64,000 nt of DNA, from assembly GCA_044892525.1 (NCBI GenBank), contig CM097885.1:13330001-13394000 (forward strand). Direction: 5' to 3'. Below the pieces are notes generated by a model. The model ran no database searches. It saw only the letters and a list, made by a program, of their open reading frames with translations, and was not told the DNA's origin. This stretch comes from Schmidtea polychroa (taxonomy: Eukaryota). This document shows positions 23,581 through 39,100 of the stretch, piece after piece. The position numbers and the translations under genes are program-made. The stretch's first letter is position 1, and each line of letters begins with the position of its first letter.

Positions 23581-24817
23581 GTAAAAGAGTTAATATTTTG
23601 CAAATTTATCTTCAAAAGAAATATTGATATAATGTCACAATTTTTGTAATATTTAAAAAAATTATTGATGATATTTTATGACACAATTTATTAACATGTT
23701 GATTTTTACAAATAAAGGGAGTCCAAGAGTTTAAATGTATATAGTTTAAATATATAGTTTAATATTTTTATTATTCATTTTTTTCATATATAATAAGATA
23801 TACATATGACATATCCTTTAATACTTAAAATTTTCTTCTGAAAACACTATTTTACCTGTTCATTTTGCATCATTTCTATCATTTGAAATCCTACTTTAGA
23901 AGTTACAAATATCAAATGTCTTTCAATTTAACTGTCTTAGGCACACTCTTTTAGTAAACGATTTTGTTTTAGGAACCACATGATTTACACCTTACTTTCT
24001 CAATTTGCGATACATTTTATCGTAGTACAACTCATCAAAAATAACATATATTTTTTAAAAAAATGAACTTACAATTTTATTAATACATATTTTTATACAT
24101 GATAAACAAACTATGATTGTTTGAATAATAATAAAAATAAGCCGAATCGAAATTTTTGATTTAATTTAATTTATTGATCTATTGCCATCAAGAATAAAGA
24201 ATATTTAATTCGAAATGCACACAAATATAAATATATAATATATAAATATAAATAGAAAATAATAAATAAAAAATTAATTAAATATTTACTAATAGTTTTA
24301 TTACCTACACTTTAAATTGTAATTCTAAAAAATCTATTTGATTAACAATTTCTGAATTTCTGAAAAATGGCATTTAAAAATATTTTATTATTTTGAACGA
24401 TGAAATTTATCATGTTCACATTTAAGTAAGAAAACGATATTAATTTATTTTGATATTATTGTAAATATTTTTGAAATTTATTTTAACTTCTTAACGCCTT
24501 AATTAATTAATTAAAATTAAAAAAATTTTTTTTTTCATAAATACATAAAAAATATAAATATATATTATGGTTTTTTCCAATTTCACCACTGATTATCTTT
24601 CCATTACTATTTCCAGGACTATTTCGTGAGTATCAACATCGATATATTACTGATTTATAGTCTTCAAGCTCTCTTTTTAATAAATATATAACAGTAACTT
24701 TTTTTCTTACTTACCGAAGCTGGGGTACGATTTTAAAGGGGTTTTAGAAAATTAAATACAATTTTCATTTAAATAACGTTTTTATTTAATTCAAATTAAG
24801 AATCATTCCTAATTCAT

Positions 24818-25010
24818 ATGAAATTCTTAAAAACAATTAATATTTTTGTTTATGCATAATTTTATTTTACATTAGTTGCAATATACACTTGTTTGCCTTT
24901 TACAAACTGGTTTTTTACAATGCTATCGACTTTCTTGAATAACTGGCCAATTATGCACTCCATCTATATCTTACATTTGTAGGAGGAATATCAGCTATTG
25001 GTGCCTTTTT
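24818..25010 (-). pseudogene. Degenerate piggyBac transposase C-terminal cysteine-rich domain
   Basis: The - strand reads PPTNVRY/DGVHNWPVIQESR*HCKKPVCKRQTSVYCN*CKIKLCINKNINCF*EFH, with stops and one frameshift. Confidence 0.75.
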
Positions 25011-27483
25011 CTTTTTCTCATATAATTCTTGAAGAGATGATGATAAAGGTTTATTAAATATGTACTAAATATCGTATACCCGAACATGGCTCAAAAAATA
25101 TTTCTTTGTCACGCATATATTTGTAGAAGAAGTACGCCACGAATTTTCAGTGTTCGGCGTTAAGGGGTTCAGAAGGCAGATTTTTTGATAAAAAATAAAA
25201 GCATTTATTAATTTTCTTTACAATTTATCAATCTTTGAATTATTCCCTTGGTTATACTGTTACTTCAAATATTGAATGGTTCTTTATAACTTCAAGGTAT
25301 AACTTTAAACAAAGTTGAATATTAATGTTATTGCCTCATAATTGATAAAAATTATGATAATTATCCACAATTGAATATAAAAAACACGCAATTATTACAT
25401 AATTCCTAAATAAACCACACAAAAATACTTGATTCTTTCAAGTGTTTCACAAAGATGGTGAAAGATAACGATTTTTTGATCTTATTTAATAAAAATGAAA
25501 AGTTTCTTTTATTGATGTCATTTAAATTCAATTAATCGATGCAATAAATTTTTAAAAAATTAAAAAAAAATTATAAAATGTGCAAATAAAAAGAAATCAT
25601 CTTAATAGAAATCAATAGCAACATTTTTTGTTTGAATTGAATTTTATAAATCAATAAATTTTGTTTTGATTTTGTAATCATGAATTTTGGTTAAATCAAC
25701 AAAAATAATCAATAAAAATTTTAATCAATATTTAAATTAATTAATTTAGTATTTTTTTAGTATTTCTCTCTTTTTCAACTGGATATATTTCTTATGAAAT
25801 TAGGCTTTTTGTTGTAATATTTCATTTCGCTCGATTTCTATTGGTTAAAAATTGAAAATTATGTCTAACCTTTTTACATACAAGAATTATGCGAAAGAAT
25901 TAAAGTGTTCCATTTCTTTTAAAATAATATTTCACATGCTCTTTATGTCATTCTTTAGAGTTATTTTGAAATTTAACATTTTCATGGTTATAATATTATA
26001 GTACACCACCATTTGTTGTTCCAGTAGTTCACATTTTGTCAATGAACATTTTTTAAAAAATTTTTTAAAAAATGAATATAAATTAATTGATTAATTAACC
26101 ATAAATGAAAAATATATTTTAATTAAAAAAAATTATTTATCAATTGAAAATTGATTTTTCAAGAAATTCCATTTGACCTATGCGTGTGTTCTAAAGATAT
26201 TTTCAATCGATCTAATTATGATCCTCGAAATGATCAGGAATGCTGGTCAAATTGCCCGATTAGTGTATCTATTAATTACCGAATGGCAAACTAATTCTAC
26301 TGCCAAGTTCCAGTGATGATTAATTTGCACTTGATTTCTCGTCGGTTTTCCCATCAATAAATATCAAATTGAAAAATATTATTTTTTTTTACAAAACATT
26401 ATTATTATAAACATATAAGATCAAATTATACCTAAAAATTTCATGTAAGCAAATTCTTTATTTTATGAAAATTATTTCTATATAAATTATATTTATTTGT
26501 CAATGCCCAAATATTATGTTAAATTTTAAAGATTGATTTATAGTAGAAAACTAAAAATATAAAGAAAATTTTAATTGAANNNNNNNNNNNNNNNNNNNNN
26601 NNNNNNNNNNNNNNNNNNNNNNNNNNNNNNNNNNNNNNNNNNNNNNNNNNNNNNNNNNNNNNNNNNNNNNNNNNNNNNNNNNNNNNNNNNNNNNNNNNNN
26701 NNNNNNNNNNNNNNNNNNNNNNNNNNNNNNNNNNNNNNNNNNNNNNNNNNNNNNNNNNNNNNNNNNNNNNNNNNNNATTTATGAATCAGTAAATATATGG
26801 ATGTTTTTGATATTCACGATTTTTCGGCAATGCCTTTTTCAAGTGATTTTTAATAAAGTTTTAAATTTACAATTGTCTTTATTAAGAATATTTTAGATGC
26901 AATTACTTCAATTAATTATTTCATTTATTATTGTACTTATTGTTTAACCATCAATTATTCATCTGATTAAAAAATCATTATAAAAAATTAAATTTCCCAA
27001 TTTGTTGTCCTAAATAAGTTGTTCAGTACATTTAAAGGCATTCCAGAAGGATGATCACGTGTAAAACTAAAATTTTTGCTTTTAAATGCAATGCTAATAC
27101 GAAATTCTTTAGTCCGAACTCTTCAGTTATTTGGTCTATTTTGAATTTTGGAGTAAGACGATCAGAGCCTTCTATTGCCTTTCCATTTCACGAAGCTAAC
27201 TAAATTAAAGTATTATTTTTTAAAAATTACACTATAATACCATAATTTTCTTTTCTATTAGTTACTTGAATTATTTACTGAATTAACTTGATGAAGCATT
27301 AAAAATGTTATTACTTTTGTTTTAAACGCTAGTTATTATCCCTTAGGGGAATTCGTCAATTCGAACGGGTTTGGTTTTTATAAGCTCGGATTAGGGAAAT
27401 TCCAACATATAATGTATAAAACTAACATTGGAAAATGTTATTTATTTAAAATATGTTATTTATTAACATAGATCGCATTTCAG

Positions 27484-27636
27484 GAACAAAGTCCCATTTT
27501 GGAAAATGGCATTTCCATCTACCGATTCGAAAATGTGCCAATGTGTGATTACATGAGAAAATTTATCATCAAGCTCAGCTCTTTGAAAGAACATTCACTG
27601 ATGAATTCTGTCCTTGAAAATTTCACAATACTGCAG
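27484..27636 (+). CDS. TEAD: Scalloped/TEAD exon (YAP-binding domain, with the lipid-pocket Cys)
   Basis: TTTCAG|[51 protein letters not shown]|GTTAG matches TEAD TEYARFENG...[34 protein letters not shown]. Phase 0 at both ends. Confidence 0.95.
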
Positions 27637-30377
27637 GTTAGAAAATTACAGATTTTTCATTTATTATGTTTGGAGTTTCAATCAATATTTTTGTTATTTT
27701 TTAATCTACAAAAATGTTTGTCTGACTACGGCTGACCTGACCTGACTAAGGACTAAATATGTGCGAAATGCAATGATGTCGGTGGACATTGGACGTCAAC
27801 AAAAACACTGAGATTTCAATTGAAAATTCGTGTTGACAAAAATCGTCTCACAAACACCCTCAATATCCACGAAGTGCCATGGCGGGTCGAACTGTTTGTG
27901 TAATAATATTGCTGGTGGCTTCATTTTTTGGGTTTTATCAATATTCTACTTATTTCGTTGTTAGAATACCAGACATATTTACATTTAAAATGCAGTTTAT
28001 TCAGTCATTTACCTTAAAAATGCACGATTTTTTAAAATTATATCCTTGGATGTCAATATTTAACTATTTTGAACAACCATAAAGTGATGTCTATATGACG
28101 TCTATATACGATTTGAAGTTTTACAAATTGTATTCGGCATTGACAATAATATGGACCAACTTAACTTTTGCTTCTAAATCCTTTAAGGCTGTGGTTTTCA
28201 ATGTGTGCTCCATGGAGCTTTAAGACTCCTCGGCAAGTTACAAAGGGCTCTTTAAAAATTTACAATTTCTGAAATTTTCGATATAACAACTCAAAATAAT
28301 TTCTAGAATTTATTTACATTGTTTTCTGTACTTCGTAATTGTACTTATGTACTTCTGTGTATCTTAGTATAATGTAGTGTGAATATCTGATATTTTAAAC
28401 TCATTTATAATATTGAGGCTCCGCATTTGTGAATAATATAAAATAGTGCTCCGCTGATAAAAGGATTGAAAGCCCTTGCTTTAAGACTTAAAGTTTAAGG
28501 GATTAAAATTCATTTTGTCAAACGTTAACATAATGTATTGAATTTTTGAAACCTTTAAATAACTATTATTATTACTTTTTTAAAAAATTAAAATTTACTG
28601 TTTTTACTTCAGTGCTGTTCCACCGGCAATATTTTATTTGTATATTTTTTGCAAATATTTCTTACAAAATTGAAGTGTAAGTGTCTAATTTTCATTAAAT
28701 GATTTTGAACAAACGTTGAACAATATTTGATAGGTGTGTTTTATTTTTATTTTTTTTATTTATTTTTTATTTTTTTAGTAGAATTTAATAGCTTTAAAAA
28801 TAATTTTCAAAAATTGTGTGAAATTTTTGAATTAGTTTTATGTCAAAATAACATGAAATACGTATCTAATGACTGTGTTATTCTAGGAGTGCTAGTATGC
28901 TGTTGCGAAGCCTTGTTTTATGTATAGCTTTACTTTCGTCATGCCGGAAGTATTATTATTTCTATATTTTCCGCTGCATAATAATATCACCGAGGGAAAA
29001 TTTCGGAATTATATTTTTACATATAATAGGAACACACGTCACTATCGGAGGGATTGTGGATAGTATCCTAGAGTTTTTGACTCGGATTTCAAACCCGTTT
29101 GCCTCTTTGGGCCATATAAAATTTTGCCAAAAAAATTGGGCCACATAAACACGAATATTTTTTGGCAATCTTTTTTACCATTATTTTGTAACTGTGATTA
29201 CAACCGATAGAATCTTGATAATAAAAAACAGCATAATAATTAATAATTGCAATATTTATTGTCAAAAAAAATACAAAATTGCGTACTTAAATGAAATTTT
29301 TTAATAAAAAAAAATTAATTCATTTTTAATGGGAACTTTGACAGATGTAAAATTTTCAGATTTTTATGTGAAAAATATTACTTTCTTAATTTTATTTTGG
29401 GCCAAAGAGGAAAATATTTTAGGCCACATGTGAGCCTCCCTGGTTTAGAGGGTTATGTAAATGATTATGTTTATTTCAGGGCGGCCGGATTTTTATGAAT
29501 GAATAAAAAAACAATTTCATGTTAATTAAAAAAAATTTTCTTCCAAAGTGTGACGTACTTTAGGGGAGAGGGTTCAAAATTGTCAAAAATAACGTGAGGT
29601 ACTTTATGGATGGCCCCTAAGTAGTTTGATATGTAATTGTGTAAATATGTGAATGTTTTAAATTAACTCCATTGTCATTTCTGTAAATTCAACCAAGATT
29701 TGATATTGTTGTTAATCAAAACGCGCTTGGTGTCAGATATATAATTATCAATTTATTATTTCACCGACAAACCTAAACAATTTGATGATGTGGATGATGA
29801 TGAAATTTGAGTACAAGAATTATTTAATTCTAAATTTGCAGAAATTTTCCCAAAATATAAAAACACATATTTCCTATGTGAGGAGCGGTGGAATCTGATA
29901 GGGAAGCTACATCTCTGATGACTGGTGTATCTAGTTTTTTCATTTTAAAATTCCAACATTACCTTTTAAATGATCCAATAAATTGATGGCACAAGTCCTT
30001 TTTTTACACAATTTTATTATCGATTATTGTATTTGAAATCGATTTTCACTGCTATTTTACTGTGCAAATATGATAATGAGAATTAGTGTGGCAGAAACGG
30101 TTTTCGTTTCTCCATGTTTTCCAAACTCCTCGTCGCATTTATGATTTTAGGCGCTTGAAATAAATCAAAATTTTTCCGATTAATTTTACCTTATATATTC
30201 TACATTTCGACAAACATTTAATCAAGTCTAATCGGAATTCGTCGGCATGGAAAATTTTAATGTCAAATCTATTTCAAATTGGTTTCGATAAATAAATATT
30301 TTCTGGAATTTCCTTTCATTTATTTTCTTTCAAAAAAATATAATTTAATTAATTGAATAATCAATAAAATAATAATT

Positions 30378-30505
30378 TAACTATGAATCAATAAATATAT
30401 CAAGAACATCGATATATTTATTGATTCATAGTCAAGCTTTTTAATAAATATCATTTCAATGGAAAAGAAATCAGTGGTGAAATTTGAAAAAAAAGTTCTT
30501 ATAAT
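30378..30505. repeat. Fold-back dispersed repeat family copy (hairpin plus reverse tail)
   Basis: ACTATGAATCAATAAATATATC AAGAACATC GATATATTTATTGATTCATAGT, then reverse tail to GTTCTTATAATA. Partial copies at ~20143-20225, ~24577-24680 and ~26780-26850. Confidence 0.8.
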
Positions 30506-31162
30506 AATAAAATAATAATTAATATTAAGAAACAGTTTTTAAAATATTAAAATTCACTTGTTAAAATATTGATTTAAATAGTTTTTTCGGGCAGGGTAAA
30601 TGTATTGAATGGTTTAAATATTAGGTTGAATAATTTTTTTTGAAAATTTTATAAAATATTTAAATTGATTGTTAACAAAGCTGACTCTTGACATAGGCGA
30701 TATTAGCAGCCACTTAAGGCACCAAATTTTCAAAACAAAATTACAAATATTTTTAAAGCAATAAACTTATAATAATATAAAGGACTATTTTTTTAAAAAC
30801 GCTATAGTTAGCTAAATCTAAACTAAGTCTACTATTTCGCACTAATTCAAAAATCTCGACAACATTTACAAATGTCCAATAACTCAAACCAGTTTGAAAT
30901 GTTGGGGTTGTAAAATTAAAATTATTTTAAAAGTTAATGATTTCTAGCAAAGTGAGATCAACAAAATATAGTATAGTTAGAATTGAAAGGCATTGAATGT
31001 GAAATTACAGAACTTACAAAATCGATAAATCATAAAATTCGAATTTGAAAAACGGATCAGATATAGATTAGACAATGATCTAGATCATGATGATAATGGA
31101 TTTGTCAGATTTTGTTTAGAAATGGTGAAAAAGCAAATGAATGTGTAAAAATTAAAAAATCG

Positions 31163-31194
31163 TTAATTAATTAATTAATTAATTAATTAATTAA
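31163..31194. repeat. (TTAA)n microsatellite
   Basis: About 8 tandem TTAA units read directly. Confidence 0.9.
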
Positions 31195-32182
31195 GGAAAA
31201 CTCTAAAATTCTAAAGAAAACTAAACAAAGTAAATTTTGAAAAGCCATTATCGTGAAAACATGATTAATGGGAACAAAAAAAAGATTGTCATAAGAAAGA
31301 AGCTTGTTAGGGTATATAAAAGAACATAAAATCAAGCCGCCAAATCAAAGGGATTATTTTTGGTATATAAGGAAAGTCAAAATCGTTAGCCACCGGTATT
31401 TTACCTCAGGCAAGAAAGAATAAAACGTGAATTAGGTCTGAGAGAAATTACAAATAATTATTTGACTGTCTAGGGACCGCTCTGATTGTTAAAATTAAAA
31501 CTATTCAATATGAATATCATTTAAATATTTTTTTAATTAGTTTTATTTGAAAAATAATTGATTATTTGAAATAAATTGAAAATTGTTTTAACAATATTTT
31601 TGTAATTGGTTTATTAACCTCTCGCCGCTACGCTTTGAAATTTTGTAATCTATTTCTGTCGTGTGCTGCTCCCACAAAATTAGTCCAATATGCTACTCCG
31701 TATATGTACGTTTTACTGCTTTCCTAACGTTACACACAGATAACTCTCGATCTTCCCTTAACCTCGCAGCGAAAGGGTTATTATATTACATCTATAGTTT
31801 TTTTCCTATCCTACATGATGATAACAGCAAAACTGTAGAAATATATCGTAAAAGGTATGTTTCATTGGCGCTTTTTAATAATTAAATAATTTACATTTTT
31901 CATTATTTATTTTAAAATATGAATGTATTTTTTATTAAATTTTCTGTTAAACAATTAATCAAACAAATTTGAGGCATATCATTTAAAAAATTTACAAAAA
32001 ATATTAGTAAATCTTTTTATTTTTTAATCATATTATAAAAATAATCAATGCTTAGCACAGAAGAATTCTACTTTATTCATTATTCGACTTTGCTTAATTT
32101 TGATAAATTAATTTTTTACAATATAACTAAGCCAATTTTTAAGAGAAACATGTTGATTTAAATATTGATTTAAATTGATTTA

Positions 32183-32399
32183 CCGTATATACTCGCGTAT
32201 AAGTCGAGAAATTTACGTCAAATTTTCAAGTCAAAATAGCCACTTCGACTTATAAGCGGGTCAAAAAACGTACAAATTAATTTTTAATGAAATCATTAAA
32301 CCTTTTTTTATTTTTGTTACTTCGACTTATACGCGGGTTTCCAATTTAGGACTTAAAAACCTCTTAAAATTTACTCGACTTATACGCGAGTATATATGG
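32183..32399. mobile_element. pogo/Tigger-type MITE (217 bp)
   Basis: 26-bp TIR CCGTATATACTCGCGTATAAGTCGAG with one mismatch at the right end. TA on both flanks. Internal TCGACTTATA subrepeats. Confidence 0.85.
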
Positions 32400-33395
32400 T
32401 AAATATTTTTATTTTTAAAAATAATAAATTTCACTAAAATCCTTTATCCTTTCCAATACTGATTACTATTAGTATTAGTATCGATTTATTTTATCTTGAT
32501 TTTAGATCAATATTTTTATTTATTTAACACAAATTTCCGATAGCCGCTTTCAAGTGTTGCCGAAAATTCATGTTAAATAAATATTATGAAATGAATTATT
32601 ACATTATTAAATCTTAAACATTTGAATTTTCTCTACATAAACATACGCTACGAAAAGAATTATCAAATTGTACCTTTGAAATTTTCCGTGGACATTCAAT
32701 AGCCCTGTTATGGCATAGGAAACATTCGAAATATAGTAATAGTAGGTCATGTTTCATTAATAGGATTCTGTAACTAACTCTAATTATTTTTTTTGTTATC
32801 TTTGAATATTATTTTTTGATATTTTATTTATTTTAATTTTGATAATAAATGTCTGTTTTTTGCCAATCTTAAATACTGTTCTCGCTACCTTCATATTTTT
32901 GAAAGATCTCGTTTTTAACCTGAATGCTAATCCTTTTTTTCACATAATTGTATATTATCTTTATCTATATTTCTCACAATTTCTGTGTATGCGTCTGTAT
33001 GTGTTATCATATTCACGGCCTCAATTTACATCCAAATCTCAACAAATTTGCCAAAAATCAAGGTCAAAAATGAAAAAAATTTGAAATTGAATCGATATTC
33101 GTTAAGAAATAAATAAAACCCAATTTGGGATAAATTATGGTGACACTTCAATGCTTCTTGACATCATTGACAGCAATGAAAAAGTAAACTGGAAAAGACT
33201 GAGATTACTAAGCCATCAACCGCTTCACCCATTTCCTTATATTTGCATAAAATTTTGAATGCAAACAATTGAACAGAAACACTTCTTTCCTACAAGCTGA
33301 TCAAAAACAGTTCCATTAAAACAATTTTTAAACATTTTTAATTCCTATTACATACACTTTCGAATGCCAAAGGAAATCGAGTTAATTATCTAGTA

Positions 33396-33445
33396 CAGGG
33401 GTTCCCAACCTTTCATAGTACAGTACCTGTACGTTGTAAACAATT

Positions 33446-33486
<41 letters not shown>

Positions 33487-33857
33487 CTGCTAAGCCTACA
33501 AATAAAATATAATTATGACTTAAAAAAATAGTTAGTGAGAAGGTCGAGCCTGTTTATTATTAACTAAAGAAATATCGGATCCAATGTTTGTCAGTTTATG
33601 GCGAAGATCCGATTCAATGTCCAGCAAAGCTCTATACTCGATTTTCATCGCAGTCATTGCAGAAAATCCTGTTTCACATAAATATATGGTCGCAAATATC
33701 ATTAAAAATTTTAGAAAATCTAAAATATTAAAATGTATGGGTTATTTATTGTAGTCATGTTTTTTTCGCAAAACAGATTTTTAATAGATGTTTTATATAT
33801 AAAGTAATTCGCTTACCGGTAGCTGCTTGCCCGCGTACCCAAGGTTGGGAATCCCTG
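33396..33857 (-). mobile_element. Non-autonomous hAT (Charlie/Buster-like) element, 462 bp
   Basis: TIR CAGGGGTTCCCAACCTT / AAGGTTGGGAATCCCTG. 8-bp TSD ATCTAGTA (33388-33395, 33858-33865). Internal (TA)n. The - strand remnant ETGFSAMTAMKIEYRALLDIESDLRHKL resembles a hAT dimerisation domain. Confidence 0.9.
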
Positions 33858-35289
33858 ATCTAGTATATAACATTTCTAGCTTGAATATATATCTATCTTA
33901 ATATATATCAAAACTTGCAAAACTGACCTTAATAAGAAAATGTGCTGATTTATTCGCAATGTATTAATCACCGTCCGGTATAAAGTAGTATTTGGTATAT
34001 TTAGTTGAATCCAGTGGTTGAGTACAAGTATATAGATAATTATTTCATTAAGTAGTTGATGATTGAGGCTATTTGGTAATTATGTTTCATCATGTTTCAT
34101 TATCAGTAAAACACCATGTCAGCATTGCAAAATGTTGAAAATAGCATCAAATGTTCACCGAACCATAAAATCCAAATTCATTTTATTTAAGTTAGATTTA
34201 TTAAACGGTTTGTTTAATCATTTCATAGTAAATATTTACATATCACTTTATTATTATTTGTCTTATTTGCCGTTTTCTTTTGTTTAAAGAGGTAGAATAA
34301 AACGTCCACCGTTACGAAGTTATTAATTGTTACGAATGTTAAAAATCCTTTTGTTTTGATTGGTCCCCTCTTGGTGTGTTTTCTACTTATAATCTGCTAA
34401 GATTGACCAACAGAATCTAAATGATAATTTTATAATAGAAGATGAGGGTTTAAAAGCCACAAAAACCACATTTCGATACAAAAACTAAATGGAAAGAATT
34501 TATTATTGAGATACATAGAAAATTGTGCCATGCTGGTAACAGGAATGTTACGGAATAAATCAAATTCGAATATGATATTGTTGAAGATACCTAAATAATA
34601 AAATAAAATAATTATTAAAGTGAACAAAATGAATGATGGAAAAGGATATTTTGCTCCAGAATTCTGAAAGCCGGAGCCAGGGAAAGAAATGGTAAAGAAT
34701 CAATAAAATTAAACAATGAAATCAAAGTCGTTCTTAATTAATAAGTAGAAGTCGAAAGAGGTAAACAAAAACAAAAAAAAGGAAATAGAAAATGGAATGG
34801 CCTTGTCTTGACAACGTGTCTGAGATAACGAATGGACCTCTGAGTAAATCGGAAAAGTAAAAAGGGAAAAAATAAAATTGCATATCTTGACAGAAATGAG
34901 TGGAAAAGTCGAAGATTGCTTGATAAAAACCAAAACAACATTAGATTATTTCTAAATGTCAGCAAATGACAACTTATAAAAGGCAGAAACATAAATTTAA
35001 TTTTAAGTCGAGAGTTTGAATTTGTGGAGAATTAGAAATGTTATAAATTGAAATTAAAGAAATAGAAAAATGTATACGAATATTAATAATAACTCAAGTC
35101 GAAATGAGAAGGCAACCAGATCGATTTTTTCAATTATCATTTGATTTGGGTGGCGTGTATTCAAACTTTTCATCAAAAGTGCTATTCCTAACAAAATGTT
35201 GCAATAAACACTCGATAACAATTGGTTTTGGTATTGAACAATTAGTGTCGTTGTAATTGTTATAATCATTTGTAATAATCAATAAAGTG

Positions 35290-36190
35290 TGTATTGTCAG
35301 GAATTCGCAGTAATTGTTACCAGATAAAGCACACTAGGAGTCAGATCAATAATTGTTAAATTTCACATTTCATTCACAACCCCAACAATATGGAAGAAAT
35401 GAAAGAATTATTAAAAGAGGAATAGAGCAATGTAAAATATGCCAAATACGTAAGAATTGTACTACAAAGACAAATGAATAAGTTAATGTTAATGAGGTTG
35501 TACAACCATTTGAGGTCATTTTAATGAAGTTTGTGGACCTTTAAATACTAATATGCATTGAAAAAAATATAATATATTTGAATTGATCATTGTAGCAGAT
35601 ACATATCACTGTCATCGGGAAGAAATCAAAATGAGAGAATGACTGTAAAAATTTTGATGAAAAATAGTATTTTAAGATTTGGTTCTCAAAGAAAATTAAA
35701 GTTAGACTGTGAAAAGATATTTGAATCCGAAATTACAAATACAAATACATTTACAGCTATCTAGCTCCTATCATCAAATTGCGAATGGATGAAAATTGTG
35801 AACCATCAAATATTATATGAAAAAATTATTAAAGGATGTTTTGGATTGACGCAGTAGCAGAAATTGAATTTACAGTGACCCTACAATACAGAAGACTATT
35901 AGAAGAATTCCGATGAAATTTACTTTTGGTTTTTAAGAAAACCAGAGAATGGGCAGATAATATAAAAAGCTAAAGAAAAATATGAGATATAAAGATAATG
36001 AAACAATTCTCAGAGATTATGAAGTTAATGATAAAGTGCTAATAAAAATTCATAACAGAACAAAAGTGCAGATATACTTTACGGACCATTTGAAATTATA
36101 AAGAAATTACATGATAGAGTTATTAAGCAAACAGTGACAAATGCAAAAATTCGACTAGAAATATATTGTCTTGGGGCTTTCAAAGAAGGG
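35290..36190 (+). mobile_element. Degenerate Ty3/Gypsy pol remnant (integrase region)
   Basis: Fragments EQCKICQIRK (zinc finger), QPFEVI, EVNDKVLIK and GPFEIIKKLHDR (GPY/F motif), then purine tract AAAGAAGGGGA. Many stops and frameshifts. Confidence 0.65.
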
Positions 36191-39100
36191 GAATGCAAAG
36201 GAGTAAATTCAATTAAATATCAATTAATTTTATAATAATTATTATATAACTAAGTACACGAGAATATTTATTGTCAATATTACCATTAATTATTTAGATT
36301 ATTCCTCACATACAAAACAATCCTTTTTATGAATTTGAATAAATAAATAATAATTATTTTCTACGCTTATTTAATACCTAACAATAATAATAAAAAGAAA
36401 ATTTGATTATTTTGTTTGATATTATTATTAATATTTTCAATTTTAAAATTTATTCTGTCTAATTAATTTATAGCACACTTCTAGGTATTTTATGGATATA
36501 GGCGAAATGCGAATTTGCCGCCACAGAAATAAAAAATGCAATAATCTTTGAGTTGAAGCATGTAGCGAAATTAATTTCAGAAAAAAGTTTGAGAATTCGT
36601 AACTTACAAATAAAGTAACTCACAAAATTTAAACAGAAATTGGAAATGTTTTTTAAAAATCCTTTAATTTTTAAGTTAAAACTGATAAAAGAAATTTACA
36701 AAATGCCGCTAAAAAAGTGCCGACATACGCTTAGAACTGGACTTGGTATTCAGCAATACATTTATATGTATTTTTGCGGCGTATTTATGTGTCAGAAATG
36801 TTAACGAAAATGTATCTGAAACAACTTATAGTTGAATAATCAAATTTGAATAAGGAAAGCCATTGAAATTTAACCAAAATTATAAAACTACTAGTTAGAG
36901 TGTGTGGACTATGAGTATTATTGTATCCATTTAAAATAATTAAAGATTCGAAATTCCAATATTTATTATTCACAATATTCAAACAAGAGGATTATTTTAC
37001 TCCAACAATATATATTTAGCAAAAAACGTTATTCTACAATCATTCTATTAATTTAAATTATATAACTATTATAATTAAACTATTATAATTAAACATTTAA
37101 ATTATTAATATAATATTACAATTATTATTTACATATCATACTTATTAAATTCTAAATTAATTAATATACAATATTTAAATTAATTAATTAATTAAGTTAA
37201 GCTTTATTTAACTTATTCCTTATTCACTTTGAGAACCTTAACCTATGTAGGTGTACTTTGGGTTTACTAATCAGAGATTTGGATTTAAAACCAGTTCTTT
37301 AGTCTTGCAGAGTTATGCAGAGAAATTATTGGAAAGAAGTTTCCTCAGTTATAAAAATTCCTATAGCGACGTTTGAAACAGAAAGATAAAGTTATAACGA
37401 CATTTTCATTGATTGGATACCTTATTTAAAAAATCAATCGATTGGGTTGCGTTTTCCGTTTGCGTTAACCCTTTCATTCGGGAATTAATTCTGTGGGTAA
37501 ATTAATTATCTAGACCATCAAACCTAGTAAGGCGACTCAAATTATGCAAAAAAATAAAAAAATAATTTAATTATTAAAATGTACTAGAACAAATTTCAAT
37601 TTTCTTAAAAAGTACTTCTCACATTATATTTTCGAAAAGGTACAACAGATATTCAGCACACAAAACTGTTTACAATATATTGTACACTCCGTATAAAAGG
37701 GTTAATATGCTCAGTATGTTTATTAATTGAAATTTAGTTTGGATTTGTAATTAATTTTTTGAACTTGAATTTCCACAAATTTATTTTCGAATTTGTGTTC
37801 AGTTTCTAATTGGATTTCATTTAGATTCGTTTCAGCTTGGTCCATTGAAAGTTTCCGTTTTATTTCGAAATTTAATAAAATCCAAAAACTAAAATGGGTC
37901 ATTAAACAATTATATAAAAAAAACTTGATATTAAAATCGACTACCCTAAAATTCTTTGATTAAACAGTTACTTGAAAAACTGTAATTTTAGATTTTTTAA
38001 AGTATATGCGTTTTAAAGAGAAAATATTACCTCGAATTGATAAATATATGAATGGGTACAGAATTACGTCAGGTTTCAATTGATTTAGTCTAACCAACTC
38101 CAATTTGTGACGACCATGATACGAGTATTTAATGTGCATTACACGTTTAATTATACACGGTAATACATAATCATTTGGTAGTGACTACATGGCAATCATA
38201 AACCTAATTTATCCCAAATCGGAATTATTTATATTTTTAACGAATATTGATCCAATTTCGGAATTTTTATTTCAGTTGACCAAGGTTTTCTATTAGAAGC
38301 ATTCCTGCTAAATTAAGTGGAATTTGGATGTAAAATGAGTCACGCAAACTTTGAGAAATATATATTAGATATATGAAATGGTTAATATACAAATCGTGGA
38401 AAAAACATTTTTGTTATAAGTTGATATATTTTAGTAATTTTTAAATAGATAAATTGTAAATAAATTTAATTAAATGATTCCACTGGGATATTGGATTAAT
38501 AACTATTATTTCTTGAATTTAAAATTTCATGAGATGTTTTTTTTCTTTTATTTATTTCTTTTTTCATTAAAAAGTTAATTTTATTATTTATTAAATTTTT
38601 TTTCTTTCAATAAATGTTATTTTCTTGCACATTTTTTATTAAAGCAATTTCTTGATTCTGATTCTATATTTCGGATCACTCCGTTGCTTTGTTAATTTTC
38701 AAACCATTGAGTCATTTGTAGTTTTTGATCTTCGGCATATAAAAATTATGATATTTGATGCGACCTGGTGGTCACAAAGTTACTGGGTTCAATCCTTGGT
38801 GGAATCGAGTTTCTTATATGATACCAAATAAAAGCCAAATAGTTTTGAAACTTGTCTGTAATTTGAAATCTCATTGAATATTATCTTAAAACTTTATTTA
38901 TAATACTGAAATTATTGCATATATCGGTCACAAATACTTTAAATTAATTTCAATATAAAATATATAAAATTCAAAATGGTAAAGAACTCCCATTACATTT
39001 ACAGTATCAAAGGTTTTCAATTTATTTTACTGTAATTTTTTTAAATTGCATATTAGTTGAGATAAGGAAGTATGTCAAATCTTAGATCAAAAAATTTTAT

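Noticed and set aside
38761-38806. tRNA or tRNA-derived SINE suggested by GGTTCAATCC
   Set aside because: Only a B-box-like motif. No cloverleaf or convincing A-box.
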